The translations under genes were made by a program, and so were the position numbers. A model generated the notes under the pieces. That model made no database searches. It worked only from the letters and a program-made list of their open reading frames with translations, and was not told where the DNA came from. Source: an uncultured Methanomassiliicoccales archaeon (GTDB taxonomy: Archaea > Thermoplasmatota > Thermoplasmata > Methanomassiliicoccales > UBA472). From it: a stretch of DNA of 64,000 nucleotides. Shown here one piece after another: positions 37,678 to 46,517 of the stretch; the stretch's first letter is position 1; the number at the start of each line of letters is the position of its first letter. The stretch lies in contig CAVWKV010000082.1 in the NCBI GenBank assembly GCA_963755265.1, positions 13,203-77,202 on the forward strand. Direction: 5' to 3'.

Positions 37678-39273
37678 TTGAAAGAAAACGGTGGATATCC
37701 GATTGTGCTGACAGCCGATCGAACTTTGATGAGTGAATATGGTGGCAGCATCTTCCTCGGCTTCAGCGCCGTGGTGCCGGAAAAATGGGCCCCAGAATCG
37801 ATCTATTTCTCCTTGTTCTGTCCTCCGGTCGAGGTCAACAAAGATGGTTCAGTAATAGTAGCGCCGTGCGGGACCAGGAAAATTGAATCCATCCTTTTAC
37901 ACGGAGGTTTCACCAAAAAGGACGTTATCGTGGCTCATCCTGAGCACCTCGACAAGGTGATTGGACCAGACACCAAGGTCGTGGGATTCACGGAGAATGA
38001 TCCGCTGGGAATCGGACCAGCCACGTCCACTTTTACCGGCATTTTCAAAGGCGAAGCCTATATGAAAATCAAGTTCCGGGAGGTTCTGAACCATCCTGCG
38101 ATCTTGAAATATAAGCCGAATATCGTCGTCGGCGGTCCGGGAGCATGGCAGCTGGCCGATGCTGCAGTACGGAAGGAATTGGGAATTACGACCGTTGTCC
38201 TCGGTGAGGGGGAAATGGTGGTCCCCGAATTATTCAAAAGAGCGGTCAGGGGTGAGACGTTACCGGGAATAGTCATGGGGGAAGTGACCCCTATAGATCG
38301 TATAGCTTTGATCGAAGAGGCCACAGTCGACGGTCTGGTCGAGATTTCCAGGGGATGCGGCAGGGGATGCGACTTCTGTATGCCTACCATGGCGAAGTAC
38401 CGCAGCCGTGAAATCAAAGATATTATTTCTGACGTAAAGGTCAACCTTGCGGCGGGCAGGCAGCCATGCCTTCATGCAGAGGACGTGGTCCGTTACGGGG
38501 CTAAGAAGATCGAGGTCGACCCGAAGCAGCTGATCAGTCTGTTCCAGGCGGTAAGCGAGGTTCCGGGGGTGACCCGGATGACCATATCGCATTTCGCCCT
38601 GGCATCGGTCGCCAGCGCCCCAGACGAGATGAAAACCATCTCTGATATCATGAGGGTCACCGAGAAGCAATGGATGTCCGGCCAGACTGGAATCGAAACA
38701 GGAAGCCCCGAACTGATGAAACGCTACATGATCGGCAAATGCCGACCGTTCGAACCGGATGCCTGGCAGGAAACCGTGGTCAGCGGTTATAAAATCCTGA
38801 AGAAGAATCACTGGATTCCCTGTGCCACCCTGATCATGGGACTACCTGGTGAGACAGAGAAGGATGTGGACATGACGATTGAGCTGGTTAAGAAGATTAA
38901 CGGTTATAGTTCACTAATGGTGCCCTTGTTCTTTGTCGCTATGGGTGAGCTTAACAACGACGAGAAATCGTTCACCGTTGAACAAATGAGCAAGGCACAT
39001 GCTAAATTGTTCCTGGATTGCTGGGAGCACAATCTTAAGTGGTCACCGGCAATAATCGATGACTGGGCCCAACGTAGCATACGCAATCCGATGGCTCGCC
39101 CCGCACTAAAACTAATCCTAAAATTCGGCATAACCGAAGGAATGGAACTAATCCGCATGTGTCGGAAGGATTACGACTACGATGTCCAGGCATTCCTAGA
39201 CGACGGGCGAAAGGGTAACGTTAAGATCCTGCCTCTGACGATACGTGCGTTCGGGCACTTGGTTGGACAATAA
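37678..39273 (+). CDS. radical SAM protein with large N-terminal Rossmann/B12-binding-like domain (paralogue A2)
   Basis: ISRGCGRGCDFCMP (CX3CX2C), GIETGSPELM, IMGLPGETEKD. TTG start preceded by GGAGGT. Confidence 0.8.
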   Translation: MKENGGYPIVLTADRTLMSEYGGSIFLGFSAVVPEKWAPESIYFSLFCPPVEVNKDGSVIVAPCGTRKIESILLHGGFTKKDVIVAHPEHLDKVIGPDTKVVGFTENDPLGIGPATSTFTGIFKGEAYMKIKFREVLNHPAILKYKPNIVVGGPGAWQLADAAVRKELGITTVVLGEGEMVVPELFKRAVRGETLPGIVMGEVTPIDRIALIEEATVDGLVEISRGCGRGCDFCMPTMAKYRSREIKDIISDVKVNLAAGRQPCLHAEDVVRYGAKKIEVDPKQLISLFQAVSEVPGVTRMTISHFALASVASAPDEMKTISDIMRVTEKQWMSGQTGIETGSPELMKRYMIGKCRPFEPDAWQETVVSGYKILKKNHWIPCATLIMGLPGETEKDVDMTIELVKKINGYSSLMVPLFFVAMGELNNDEKSFTVEQMSKAHAKLFLDCWEHNLKWSPAIIDDWAQRSIRNPMARPALKLILKFGITEGMELIRMCRKDYDYDVQAFLDDGRKGNVKILPLTIRAFGHLVGQ

Positions 39274-39274
39274 C

Positions 39275-39403
39275 CGTAATGCGCATATCCTTGCCGAGTT
39301 TTCTCGTTTCTCCTTCACAGGCGAGGCAGGCCACCTCCTCTCCCACTCGAGAATTGTCGCGCATGTTGTTCTATTCAGTCCTCTACTTACATTCGGCTCA
39401 TAG
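39275..39403 (+). pseudogene. possible 3' remnant of the same GNAT gene
   Basis: Reads RNAHILAEFSRFSFTGEAGHLLSHSRIVAHVVLFSPLL. The N-x4-A-x3-R-x2-F-T-x-E spacing matches the N..S..A...R.GFT.EG block of RimL/YdaF-type GNATs, and the combined length with 31459-31877 is about 178 aa. The similarity is weak. Confidence 0.3.
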
Positions 39404-39463
39404 CTGATGAAGGCACCTTGAAGGTACCTTTTTTCCGGGGAATGCCGTCAACTTCCTTCCTTA

Positions 39464-41401
39464 TCACATTCCCAAAGCTTTCCTCTTCTCCTCGATGTGG
39501 TCAGAAATCAGTGCCGCTGCGTTCTTCGGGTTCGGCTCCACCCAGAACTTGGCATGGACCAGCCCTTCGAGATCTTCGGTCAATGCCTTGACGACATTGG
39601 GGCTTCCAGCAATGTGGGGCATGACGCCTAATACCACGCTGACCCCGCTACCGACGAAATAAGTGCCGATAGCCACTGCCTTGGGCGAATACCACTCAGG
39701 CGCCGCGCCGACGACCGGCAATTGGTCGATCCTTACGCCGGCCGTTTTGGCTAGCTCCGCCACCAATACGAGTATCCTACTGTTATCCACGCACGAACCC
39801 ATATGCAAAACGGGCGGTATGCCCAATGAACCGCAGACCTCTTTTAACCCCGGTCCAGCCTGGTCGATGGACTTCGGCTGCAACAACCCGGCCTTGGCAC
39901 ATGCAATGGATGAGCAGCCAGTCTCGACGCACAAAATGTCGCGTTTGATCAGCTCTTTCGCCAGTGTCACATGTCCATAGTCATGCTTGATGCGGGGATT
40001 ATTACATCCAACGATCCCGGCGCATCCTCTTATCTTGCCGGAAACGACCGCATCCAGCAAAGGTTTCAGAGTGCCCCCCAGAGCCTTTCGTATCGATTCG
40101 ACGGAGAATCCCACCATGGCATCGACCGGTGCCTCAGGTATCAGTACCCGCTCCTTCACGCGGTTGGGGTAATTGTCAATCGCTGCGTTCAGGATCCTCT
40201 TCGATTGCTCGAAGGCATTCTCTGGCGTTATCTCTACGAAATAACTGCCTTGTATGACCGCCTTGGGCGAAGTTGTGAACAGTTTTGTGTGATAACATGA
40301 GGCAGTGTTCGCCAGAGTCGGGAATATGCACTGGTAGTCGACGACCATGGCCTCGAGTGCTCCCGTGGTTATGACCAATTCCTGGTCCAGATGATTGCCA
40401 GCCTGGGGTATCCCCTTGCGCATCAGCAGTTCGTTCCCCGTGCAGCACAATCCGACCAAATTGATGCCATTGGCGCCCACAGCCTTCGCCCGGGCGATCA
40501 TTTCCGGCAAGTTCGCCACTCTGACGATCATTTCGGAGAGGATCGGGTTATGGCCGTGGAGCGATATGTTCACCTGGTCATGCTTGAGCACCCCGAGGTT
40601 GACCCTGGAGTTCTTTATTGTGGGGGTGCCGAACAGTACGTCCGAGATCTCAGTACCCATCATCGAGCCGCCCCAGCCATCTGCCATCGAGGCCCGCATA
40701 CCCTGTAACAAGAACCCTGAGTAGTCCGCACCGACTCCCATATGGACGCGGTGCATCGCTTCCACAATCTCACGGTCTATGCTTCTAGGTAAAATACCCG
40801 CAGATCTCCAGAGATCGACGCATGCTTCGGGAGCCCTTTTGGGCATCTGCATTTCGCCCTTGATGGTGCCGAACTCTTCCAGCATGGCCAATGCAACCTT
40901 CTCTGCCTTTTGGTTTATGGAGTCGGATCCTGGTACTCCAAACTCGGTGGCCAGGAGCTTCAGTTTCTCCTCGTCTTTTACTGCGTAACCTGGTGCTTTC
41001 CCTCTGGCTGCCTTTAGAAGCGTCTCGACCACTTCCCTCCCATGGTCAGAATGGGAGGCGGCGCCGGTCGCCATTGTGTCGAGGAGGTTCCTGGCCACCA
41101 TTAGGTCGGCATCGGCTCCGCACACGCCTCGGGTTCGATCTCCGCCCATGAGTCGGCACGGGCCCATGGCGCATCGTTGACAGGATATTCCCTCCGTGCA
41201 GAACTTGCATTGCGGCTGTTGCCGTTCGAACCTGTCCCAGACAGTGTCGGTCCCTTCCTTCATCGTCTTTCTCAGGACATCCTGCGTGGATTTGTCCAAT
41301 GCCCGTTCTTTGACCTTTTCTTCGATTTCATCGGGCTTGAACTTTTTGATCGGAACCCTCAGGCACTCTACAGAATTGATCTCCGGTAGGTCATCCTCCA
41401 T
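39464..41401 (-). CDS. cooS: anaerobic carbon-monoxide dehydrogenase catalytic subunit
   Basis: CKFCTEGISCQRCAMGPCRL...GVCGADADLMVARN N-terminal cluster motifs and a conserved CooS body (HGHNP, GLCCTGNE, GSCVDN). Confidence 0.9.
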   Translation of the reverse strand: MEDDLPEINSVECLRVPIKKFKPDEIEEKVKERALDKSTQDVLRKTMKEGTDTVWDRFERQQPQCKFCTEGISCQRCAMGPCRLMGGDRTRGVCGADADLMVARNLLDTMATGAASHSDHGREVVETLLKAARGKAPGYAVKDEEKLKLLATEFGVPGSDSINQKAEKVALAMLEEFGTIKGEMQMPKRAPEACVDLWRSAGILPRSIDREIVEAMHRVHMGVGADYSGFLLQGMRASMADGWGGSMMGTEISDVLFGTPTIKNSRVNLGVLKHDQVNISLHGHNPILSEMIVRVANLPEMIARAKAVGANGINLVGLCCTGNELLMRKGIPQAGNHLDQELVITTGALEAMVVDYQCIFPTLANTASCYHTKLFTTSPKAVIQGSYFVEITPENAFEQSKRILNAAIDNYPNRVKERVLIPEAPVDAMVGFSVESIRKALGGTLKPLLDAVVSGKIRGCAGIVGCNNPRIKHDYGHVTLAKELIKRDILCVETGCSSIACAKAGLLQPKSIDQAGPGLKEVCGSLGIPPVLHMGSCVDNSRILVLVAELAKTAGVRIDQLPVVGAAPEWYSPKAVAIGTYFVGSGVSVVLGVMPHIAGSPNVVKALTEDLEGLVHAKFWVEPNPKNAAALISDHIEEKRKALGM

Positions 41402-41455
41402 TGAAATTCACCAGCATCCACAATTAACCGATGAAGGTTCTAACACTTCCGAAAG

Positions 41456-41463
41456 TTTATATT
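41456..41463 (-). promoter_or_regulatory. TATA-like box upstream of cooS
   Basis: AATATAAA on the minus strand, about 58 nt upstream of ATG 41401. GGTGA lies 8 nt before the ATG. Confidence 0.3.
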
Positions 41464-41586
41464 GGTTTGCAATTGAATTGACAGGGAAGGTGCATTTAGA
41501 AACAAGATGAGAATTATGCATATTCGATCATTATCCACTGTCCGAAAAGGGCAAAGGTTCCGTTCTAACCGACCAGCGGTGTATAG

Positions 41587-43401
41587 TTAGCCCAAACCGA
41601 GCTCATTTTTCCTTAGTTCGATCCGTTCCTTAACGTCCTTGGACATCTCTATCTCGTCCGGCCATTCCCGGGGATGTCCGTCGGCGAGCCCCTTCTTGGT
41701 CGCATCAATGATGACGCCGTTCCTGACCAGCTCTATATCCCGAAGTGGGTCGACGTTATTGAAAGCCTTCCACAGGACCAAAGAGCTGTCCTTGAGGTCG
41801 ATGTCATCGTAAAGTACCAGGATGCATCCGAGCGATGATGCTATCGGCCTGAACATCTCCCGGATGAGCTTCGAGCTGAGCCCCTCTTTCTTCACACTCA
41901 CCAGAACCGCCGGGTTCCTGGTGTGCAGGCCGGCCGATCTGGAGGAGACCGCAACCTTCGATCCCCTGATCGCCCCCAGAATGTCCTCTTCGTTCAGCTC
42001 ATTGTCATCACAGAGCCTCCTAGTCGGCTCTCCCTCAAATCTCTCGGTCGCATCTATGCCTAATTTTCCCCCGAAAAGAGGATGGGGCGCTGAATGGTCC
42101 AGTACATCAAGGACACCTTCTGTCATAACCAGATCTTGTGTCAGGTCCAGATTCTCCTGGATCTTTTCCAATAGCAGTGAAGGGTTCTTTAGCAGTGTGG
42201 GGTCGTCAACGACCACGATCATCTTGGCAAAGCTCATCTGGTTGTTGCCCCACAAGGCATTCATGACCTTACGGGCCTGCATCGGATATTCCTTGTGTAT
42301 CGCCACCACGACTATGTTATGGAAAACTCCCTCCCAGGGCATCCAGTAGTCAATGATCTCAGGCAAGACCAGCTTCAAGGGCGGGAGGAATATGCGCTCC
42401 GTGGCCTTGGCTATATAACAGTCCTCCATCGGAGGCCTGCCGACCACTGTGGCGCTATAGACGGCGTTCTTACGGTGCGTTATCGCCGTCAAATGGAACA
42501 CTGGATACTCTCCCTGCAACGAATAATACCCGGTATGATCGCCAAACGGTCCCTCCAATCGCTTCTCCTCCGGATCGACATAGCCTTCCAGAACGAACTC
42601 TGACTCGGCCGGGACCTCCATGTCTACGGTCTTGCATTTGACCATGTCCACCGGAGAACCTCGGATGAAGCCCGCAAGGATCATCTCGTCCATACCCTGT
42701 GGCATCGGTGCGGTGGCAGCATACGTGATGGAAGGGTCGGTGCCTATGGCAACAGCCACAGGCATTCTTTTCCCTTGCTTTTTGTAAGCATTGAAATTAT
42801 GTTTCCCGTCCTTGTGGACGTGCCAGTGCATGCCGGTCGTCCTCTTGTCGAAGATCTGCATGCGGTACATGCCAGCATTTCTGGAGCGTCCGTCTATGTC
42901 CTTAGTGAACACGACCGGTAGAGTGACAAACCGGCCGCCGTCCTTAGGCCAACATTGTAGGATAGGGATTTGGTCAAGATCGATGTCTTCACCGGTTAGG
43001 ACAACTTCCTGGCAAGGCGAGTGAGACTTGCTTTTAGTTCGAGGGAACGACTTGGAAAGGGAATACAATTCGGGCAGCATGCCCATTTTTCCAATGAGGC
43101 CATCCGGCAGCTTTGTGGCAAGCAGTCCTTCGACCTTCTTCTCCATCTCCTCCAGGCTATCGCAGCCTAGTGCCATGGCCATCCTGCGTTCGCTGCCGAA
43201 GGCGTTGGTTAATACAGGGAACGATGAACCGGTCACCTTTTCGAAAAGAAGGGCCTTTCCACCTTTCGGACTCTTGGACACGCGGTCTGTGATCTCCGTG
43301 ATCTCAAGGTTTGGCGATACCTCTCCCTTTATGCGGATGAGTTCCCTTTCCCTGTCCAGCCTGGAAATGAAATCCTGGAGATTGCGGTAATGCATTTTCA
43401 T
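41587..43401 (-). CDS. ubiD: UbiD-family (prenyl-FMN-dependent) decarboxylase, long form
   Basis: MKMHYRNLQDFISRLDRERELIRIKGEVSP N-terminus and a conserved UbiD body. Start set at ATG 43401, which overlaps the upstream TGA; the 77-codon upstream extension in the track looks spurious. Confidence 0.85.
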   Translation of the reverse strand: MKMHYRNLQDFISRLDRERELIRIKGEVSPNLEITEITDRVSKSPKGGKALLFEKVTGSSFPVLTNAFGSERRMAMALGCDSLEEMEKKVEGLLATKLPDGLIGKMGMLPELYSLSKSFPRTKSKSHSPCQEVVLTGEDIDLDQIPILQCWPKDGGRFVTLPVVFTKDIDGRSRNAGMYRMQIFDKRTTGMHWHVHKDGKHNFNAYKKQGKRMPVAVAIGTDPSITYAATAPMPQGMDEMILAGFIRGSPVDMVKCKTVDMEVPAESEFVLEGYVDPEEKRLEGPFGDHTGYYSLQGEYPVFHLTAITHRKNAVYSATVVGRPPMEDCYIAKATERIFLPPLKLVLPEIIDYWMPWEGVFHNIVVVAIHKEYPMQARKVMNALWGNNQMSFAKMIVVVDDPTLLKNPSLLLEKIQENLDLTQDLVMTEGVLDVLDHSAPHPLFGGKLGIDATERFEGEPTRRLCDDNELNEEDILGAIRGSKVAVSSRSAGLHTRNPAVLVSVKKEGLSSKLIREMFRPIASSLGCILVLYDDIDLKDSSLVLWKAFNNVDPLRDIELVRNGVIIDATKKGLADGHPREWPDEIEMSKDVKERIELRKNELGLG

Positions 43402-44105
43402 CACTCCTTCTCCAACACGTACAAGTGGCAGATGCCTTGGGTCTGGGATATGGAACGGACAATCTTGAACCCTTTGGACGCCATAATTTTCTCCAGCTCT
43501 TCCGGGACTGGGAATGAGAGGATCGAATCGCTCAGGTATCGGTAAGCAGCCAGGTCCCCCGACTGCGTGCTGCCGATTAGCGGGAGTATCTGAGTCAGAT
43601 AGGTGAGATATAGTGGCCTGGTGACCCGGCATATCGGCACGGAGAGCTCCAGGACGGCAAATCGCCCTCCCTTCTTCATCACCCTGTTTACTTCGGTCAG
43701 GAAAGCCCCCACGTACTGGACATTCCTGATTCCAAATGCCACCATGGCCTTGTCAAAGGATCCATCCCTGAACGGCATGGAAAGTGCGTTGCCCTGGATC
43801 GCCGGGAATACCGAACCTGGTCTTTTCTTATCCCATTTTTCGTTGGCGATCTGGAGCATGTTCCTGGATAGGTCAATTCCTACCAGTGAGCAATTCGCCC
43901 GAGATAATGCCTGTATGGCCATATCGCCCGTTCCGGTGGCGATGTCCAGGAGCAACTCTCCGTCCTTCAGCTCGAGGCAATCCAGAGCCTGTCCCCTCCA
44001 TATCCGGTCGATGGACATGGACATGAGATGGTTCAGCCGATCGTAGGTCGGGGTAATGTCATCGAAGAGACCCTCGATCCTTTCCGGGTTCTTGTCCAGT
44101 TCCAT
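43401..44105 (-). CDS. ubiE: UbiE/MenG-type demethylmenaquinone/ubiquinone C-methyltransferase
   Basis: FDDITPTYDRLNHLMS...LLDIATGTGDMAI...RVMKKGGRFAVLE signature. Confidence 0.85.
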   Translation of the reverse strand: MELDKNPERIEGLFDDITPTYDRLNHLMSMSIDRIWRGQALDCLELKDGELLLDIATGTGDMAIQALSRANCSLVGIDLSRNMLQIANEKWDKKRPGSVFPAIQGNALSMPFRDGSFDKAMVAFGIRNVQYVGAFLTEVNRVMKKGGRFAVLELSVPICRVTRPLYLTYLTQILPLIGSTQSGDLAAYRYLSDSILSFPVPEELEKIMASKGFKIVRSISQTQGICHLYVLEKE

Positions 44106-44150
44106 CTTGTCACTCCTTGAGGGTTTTGAGTTTGGCTCCGTCTACCGAAT

Positions 44151-45782
44151 TCAAGTGAACGCCCCCAGCAGCACAGAAGCGAATACCAGGATCGAAATGA
44201 CAGCGTTGACATTGAAGAAGGCCACATTCACCTTGGAGAGATCGGCCGGGCGCACGAGCATATGCTCGAGCACGAACATAGCCCCGATCACTATCACGCC
44301 GATCAGGAATAAGATCCCTAATGGATATATCCAGAACAACGCTGCCAGCGCGGCGAAGCTGATTACATGCAGGGCGGACGAGATCACCAATGCGTTCATT
44401 ATCCCATACCGCGACGGAAGAGACCATAGCCCTTCCTTCCTGTCGAAATCAACATCCAGGCAGGAATACAGGATATCAAACCCGGCAATATAAGTGGTCA
44501 ATGCCAGGCTGAGCACCCATATACCTAACGGGATGGCCCCGGTGACCGCCACGCTGGCCCCCAGCGGCATAAGACCGATGGAAATGCCCAAGATGATGTG
44601 GCTGGCAGCCGTGAATCGTTTGGAGTACGAGTATCCCATGACGATGGCTAACACCGGGAAGGAAAGCCAGAAGCACAGAGAGGAGAGCATGGCAGCGGAC
44701 ATTATGAACACCAAGGCAGACACGATGACGAAGATGAGTCCCTCCCGCATTGTGAGCATCCCGGATGGGATGTGCCTCATTTTTGTCCTCGGATTCTTGG
44801 CGTCGATGGCCGCATCTACGACCCTGTTGAAACCCATTGCCGCAGACCTTGCCCCGACAATCGCCAGTACGATCCAGAACACCATGGCGAAGGTGATTGT
44901 GTTATCCTTTGACAGGAGAACCAGCGCCGCCAATCCGAACGGTAGTGCGAACACGCTGTGGCTAAGTTTGATCATATGGCCATAAGCGGTGATCTTCTTT
45001 AGCGGGGTCAACGAGTCGGTCTCAGCGGTCTCCTCCGGGATGACCTTCCAACGGCAGACCCTCCTCTCCATGAAAGTGAATACCTCGTAGAGCGCGAGCC
45101 CCAGGATGCTCATGGCGATGATCCCTACGAATATCTGGGTATACTGCATATAGGTCCAGGCGTTCATGATCATGTAGCCCAGGCCGGAGGAGCCGGCGAA
45201 CGATTCCACGAAGAACAGGACGGAAATGGAGGTTCCGGTGACGATCCTGAGGGCGGTGAAACTGCTGGGCAACGCCGCTGGAATGATCGCCTCTCTGAGT
45301 ATGTCCTTGTTGGAGGCGTTCATCGAGCGCATCGAATCGATGTATTTGCGGTCCAAGGCGCTCACACCCTCCTTAGTGGCGACCAGTATCTGGAAGAAAA
45401 CGATGACTGTGATGAGGACGATCTTAGACATGTCCCCCAGGCCGAAGAACAGGATCAGCACAGGCAGGAACACCATCTTCGGGATCGGATACGTCAGGAA
45501 GATAAGGGGGCTGAAATAGCTGTCCATCTTCTGGCTATATCCAATGAAGATGCCCAGCGGGAATGCGAGGCACCAGGCGAGCGCGATGCTGATGACTACC
45601 CGGTAAGCACTGATGCTAAAATCGGTCCAGAACGGCTGGGTTTGGACTGTGTTGATGAAGGCTTGTATGGTCGCCTCCGGGCTGGGAAGGATCGGGGAAG
45701 AGACCAGTAACGCAGCCGCCTTCCAGATGACCAGGCAGGCCGCGAGCGAGAGCATGTAACCGAAGGCCCTTTGCCTGTTCAT
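44151..45782 (-). CDS. in-frame fusion: ABC transporter permease (NitT/TauT-type) :: UbiA-family aromatic prenyltransferase
   Basis: Residues 1 to about 250 are a 6-TM permease with an EAA-like loop (DSMRSMNASNKDILREAIIPAALP). After ...ERRVCRWKV and a ~15-aa linker comes a UbiA domain (IKLSHSVFALPF, FNRVVDAAIDAKNPRT, DILYSCLDVDFDRKEG). No stop lies between them. Confidence 0.8.
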   Translation of the reverse strand: MNRQRAFGYMLSLAACLVIWKAAALLVSSPILPSPEATIQAFINTVQTQPFWTDFSISAYRVVISIALAWCLAFPLGIFIGYSQKMDSYFSPLIFLTYPIPKMVFLPVLILFFGLGDMSKIVLITVIVFFQILVATKEGVSALDRKYIDSMRSMNASNKDILREAIIPAALPSSFTALRIVTGTSISVLFFVESFAGSSGLGYMIMNAWTYMQYTQIFVGIIAMSILGLALYEVFTFMERRVCRWKVIPEETAETDSLTPLKKITAYGHMIKLSHSVFALPFGLAALVLLSKDNTITFAMVFWIVLAIVGARSAAMGFNRVVDAAIDAKNPRTKMRHIPSGMLTMREGLIFVIVSALVFIMSAAMLSSLCFWLSFPVLAIVMGYSYSKRFTAASHIILGISIGLMPLGASVAVTGAIPLGIWVLSLALTTYIAGFDILYSCLDVDFDRKEGLWSLPSRYGIMNALVISSALHVISFAALAALFWIYPLGILFLIGVIVIGAMFVLEHMLVRPADLSKVNVAFFNVNAVISILVFASVLLGAFT

Positions 45783-46513
45783 ATGGCCTCCACAACTTCC
45801 CTGATCGCCTTGCAGGTAGTGAAGTAGGAATCAGTGCCGCGATATCCTTCGGAACCGGCCCCCTGATTTTGAACAATGGCCCGGACCGTGCATGGGCGCC
45901 CTCCGAGGACGAGGATCGAGTCCCCCAGGAAAGCAGCCTCCTCGATGCTATGCGTCACAATGACCATTGTCAGGCCGTTCTTCTTTCTGATGTCCAGGAG
46001 CATCTCCTGCATCCTTTCCCTTGTCAGTGTATCAAGGGACGAGAACGGTTCGTCCATCAGAAGCAATTTTGGTTCGGTAGCCAACGCCCTCGCGATCGCC
46101 ACCCTCTGTCTCTCACCACCGCTGAGCCTAGCCGGATAGTGATCCCGATGCTGTTCCAGGCCAAGCTCTTCCAGCAGTGTATCTGCCTTCTTTACCTGCT
46201 CTCTCATGGGAATGCCTTTGAGCTTCATTCCTAGGCGCACATTGTCCACGACCGTCTTCCACGGGAGAAGCCCGAAATCCTGGAGGATGAACGAGGCGTA
46301 TGGAGAAGGGCCTTCGACCTTGTTGCCGTTTATCTGGACAGTGCCCCCGGTCTGCTTTGTAAGTCCGGCTAGTATGTAGAGAAGTGTGGTCTTGCCACAT
46401 CCAGAGGGGCCGATTATGGCCATCGATCGACCCTTGTCCAGCGAGAAACTCAGGTCATCGATCACCTGGAACCTGCCCTCGAACATCTTGGACAGCCGGT
46501 CGACGGAGATCAT
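45779..46513 (-). CDS. ABC transporter ATP-binding protein (NitT/TauT family)
   Basis: GPSGCGKTT Walker A, LSGGERQRVAIARAL signature, LLLMDEPFSSLD Walker B. Confidence 0.9.
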   Translation of the reverse strand: MISVDRLSKMFEGRFQVIDDLSFSLDKGRSMAIIGPSGCGKTTLLYILAGLTKQTGGTVQINGNKVEGPSPYASFILQDFGLLPWKTVVDNVRLGMKLKGIPMREQVKKADTLLEELGLEQHRDHYPARLSGGERQRVAIARALATEPKLLLMDEPFSSLDTLTRERMQEMLLDIRKKNGLTMVIVTHSIEEAAFLGDSILVLGGRPCTVRAIVQNQGAGSEGYRGTDSYFTTCKAIREVVEAI

Positions 46514-46517
46514 TCTT

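Larger units (their letters stand above)
27846..39403. mobile_element. putative decayed genomic island / accessory region next to tRNA-Val
   Basis: tRNA-proximal integrase remnant, AT-rich spacers, pseudogenes and a lower-GC cassette inserted in a GNAT gene. No matching att repeat found, so the boundaries are tentative. Confidence 0.35.

Noticed and set aside
43402-43632. 77-codon N-terminal extension of the UbiD ORF
   Set aside because: It overlaps the ubiE coding region and carries no UbiD-like sequence. The canonical N-terminus MKMHYRNLQDF starts at the ATG that overlaps the ubiE stop.
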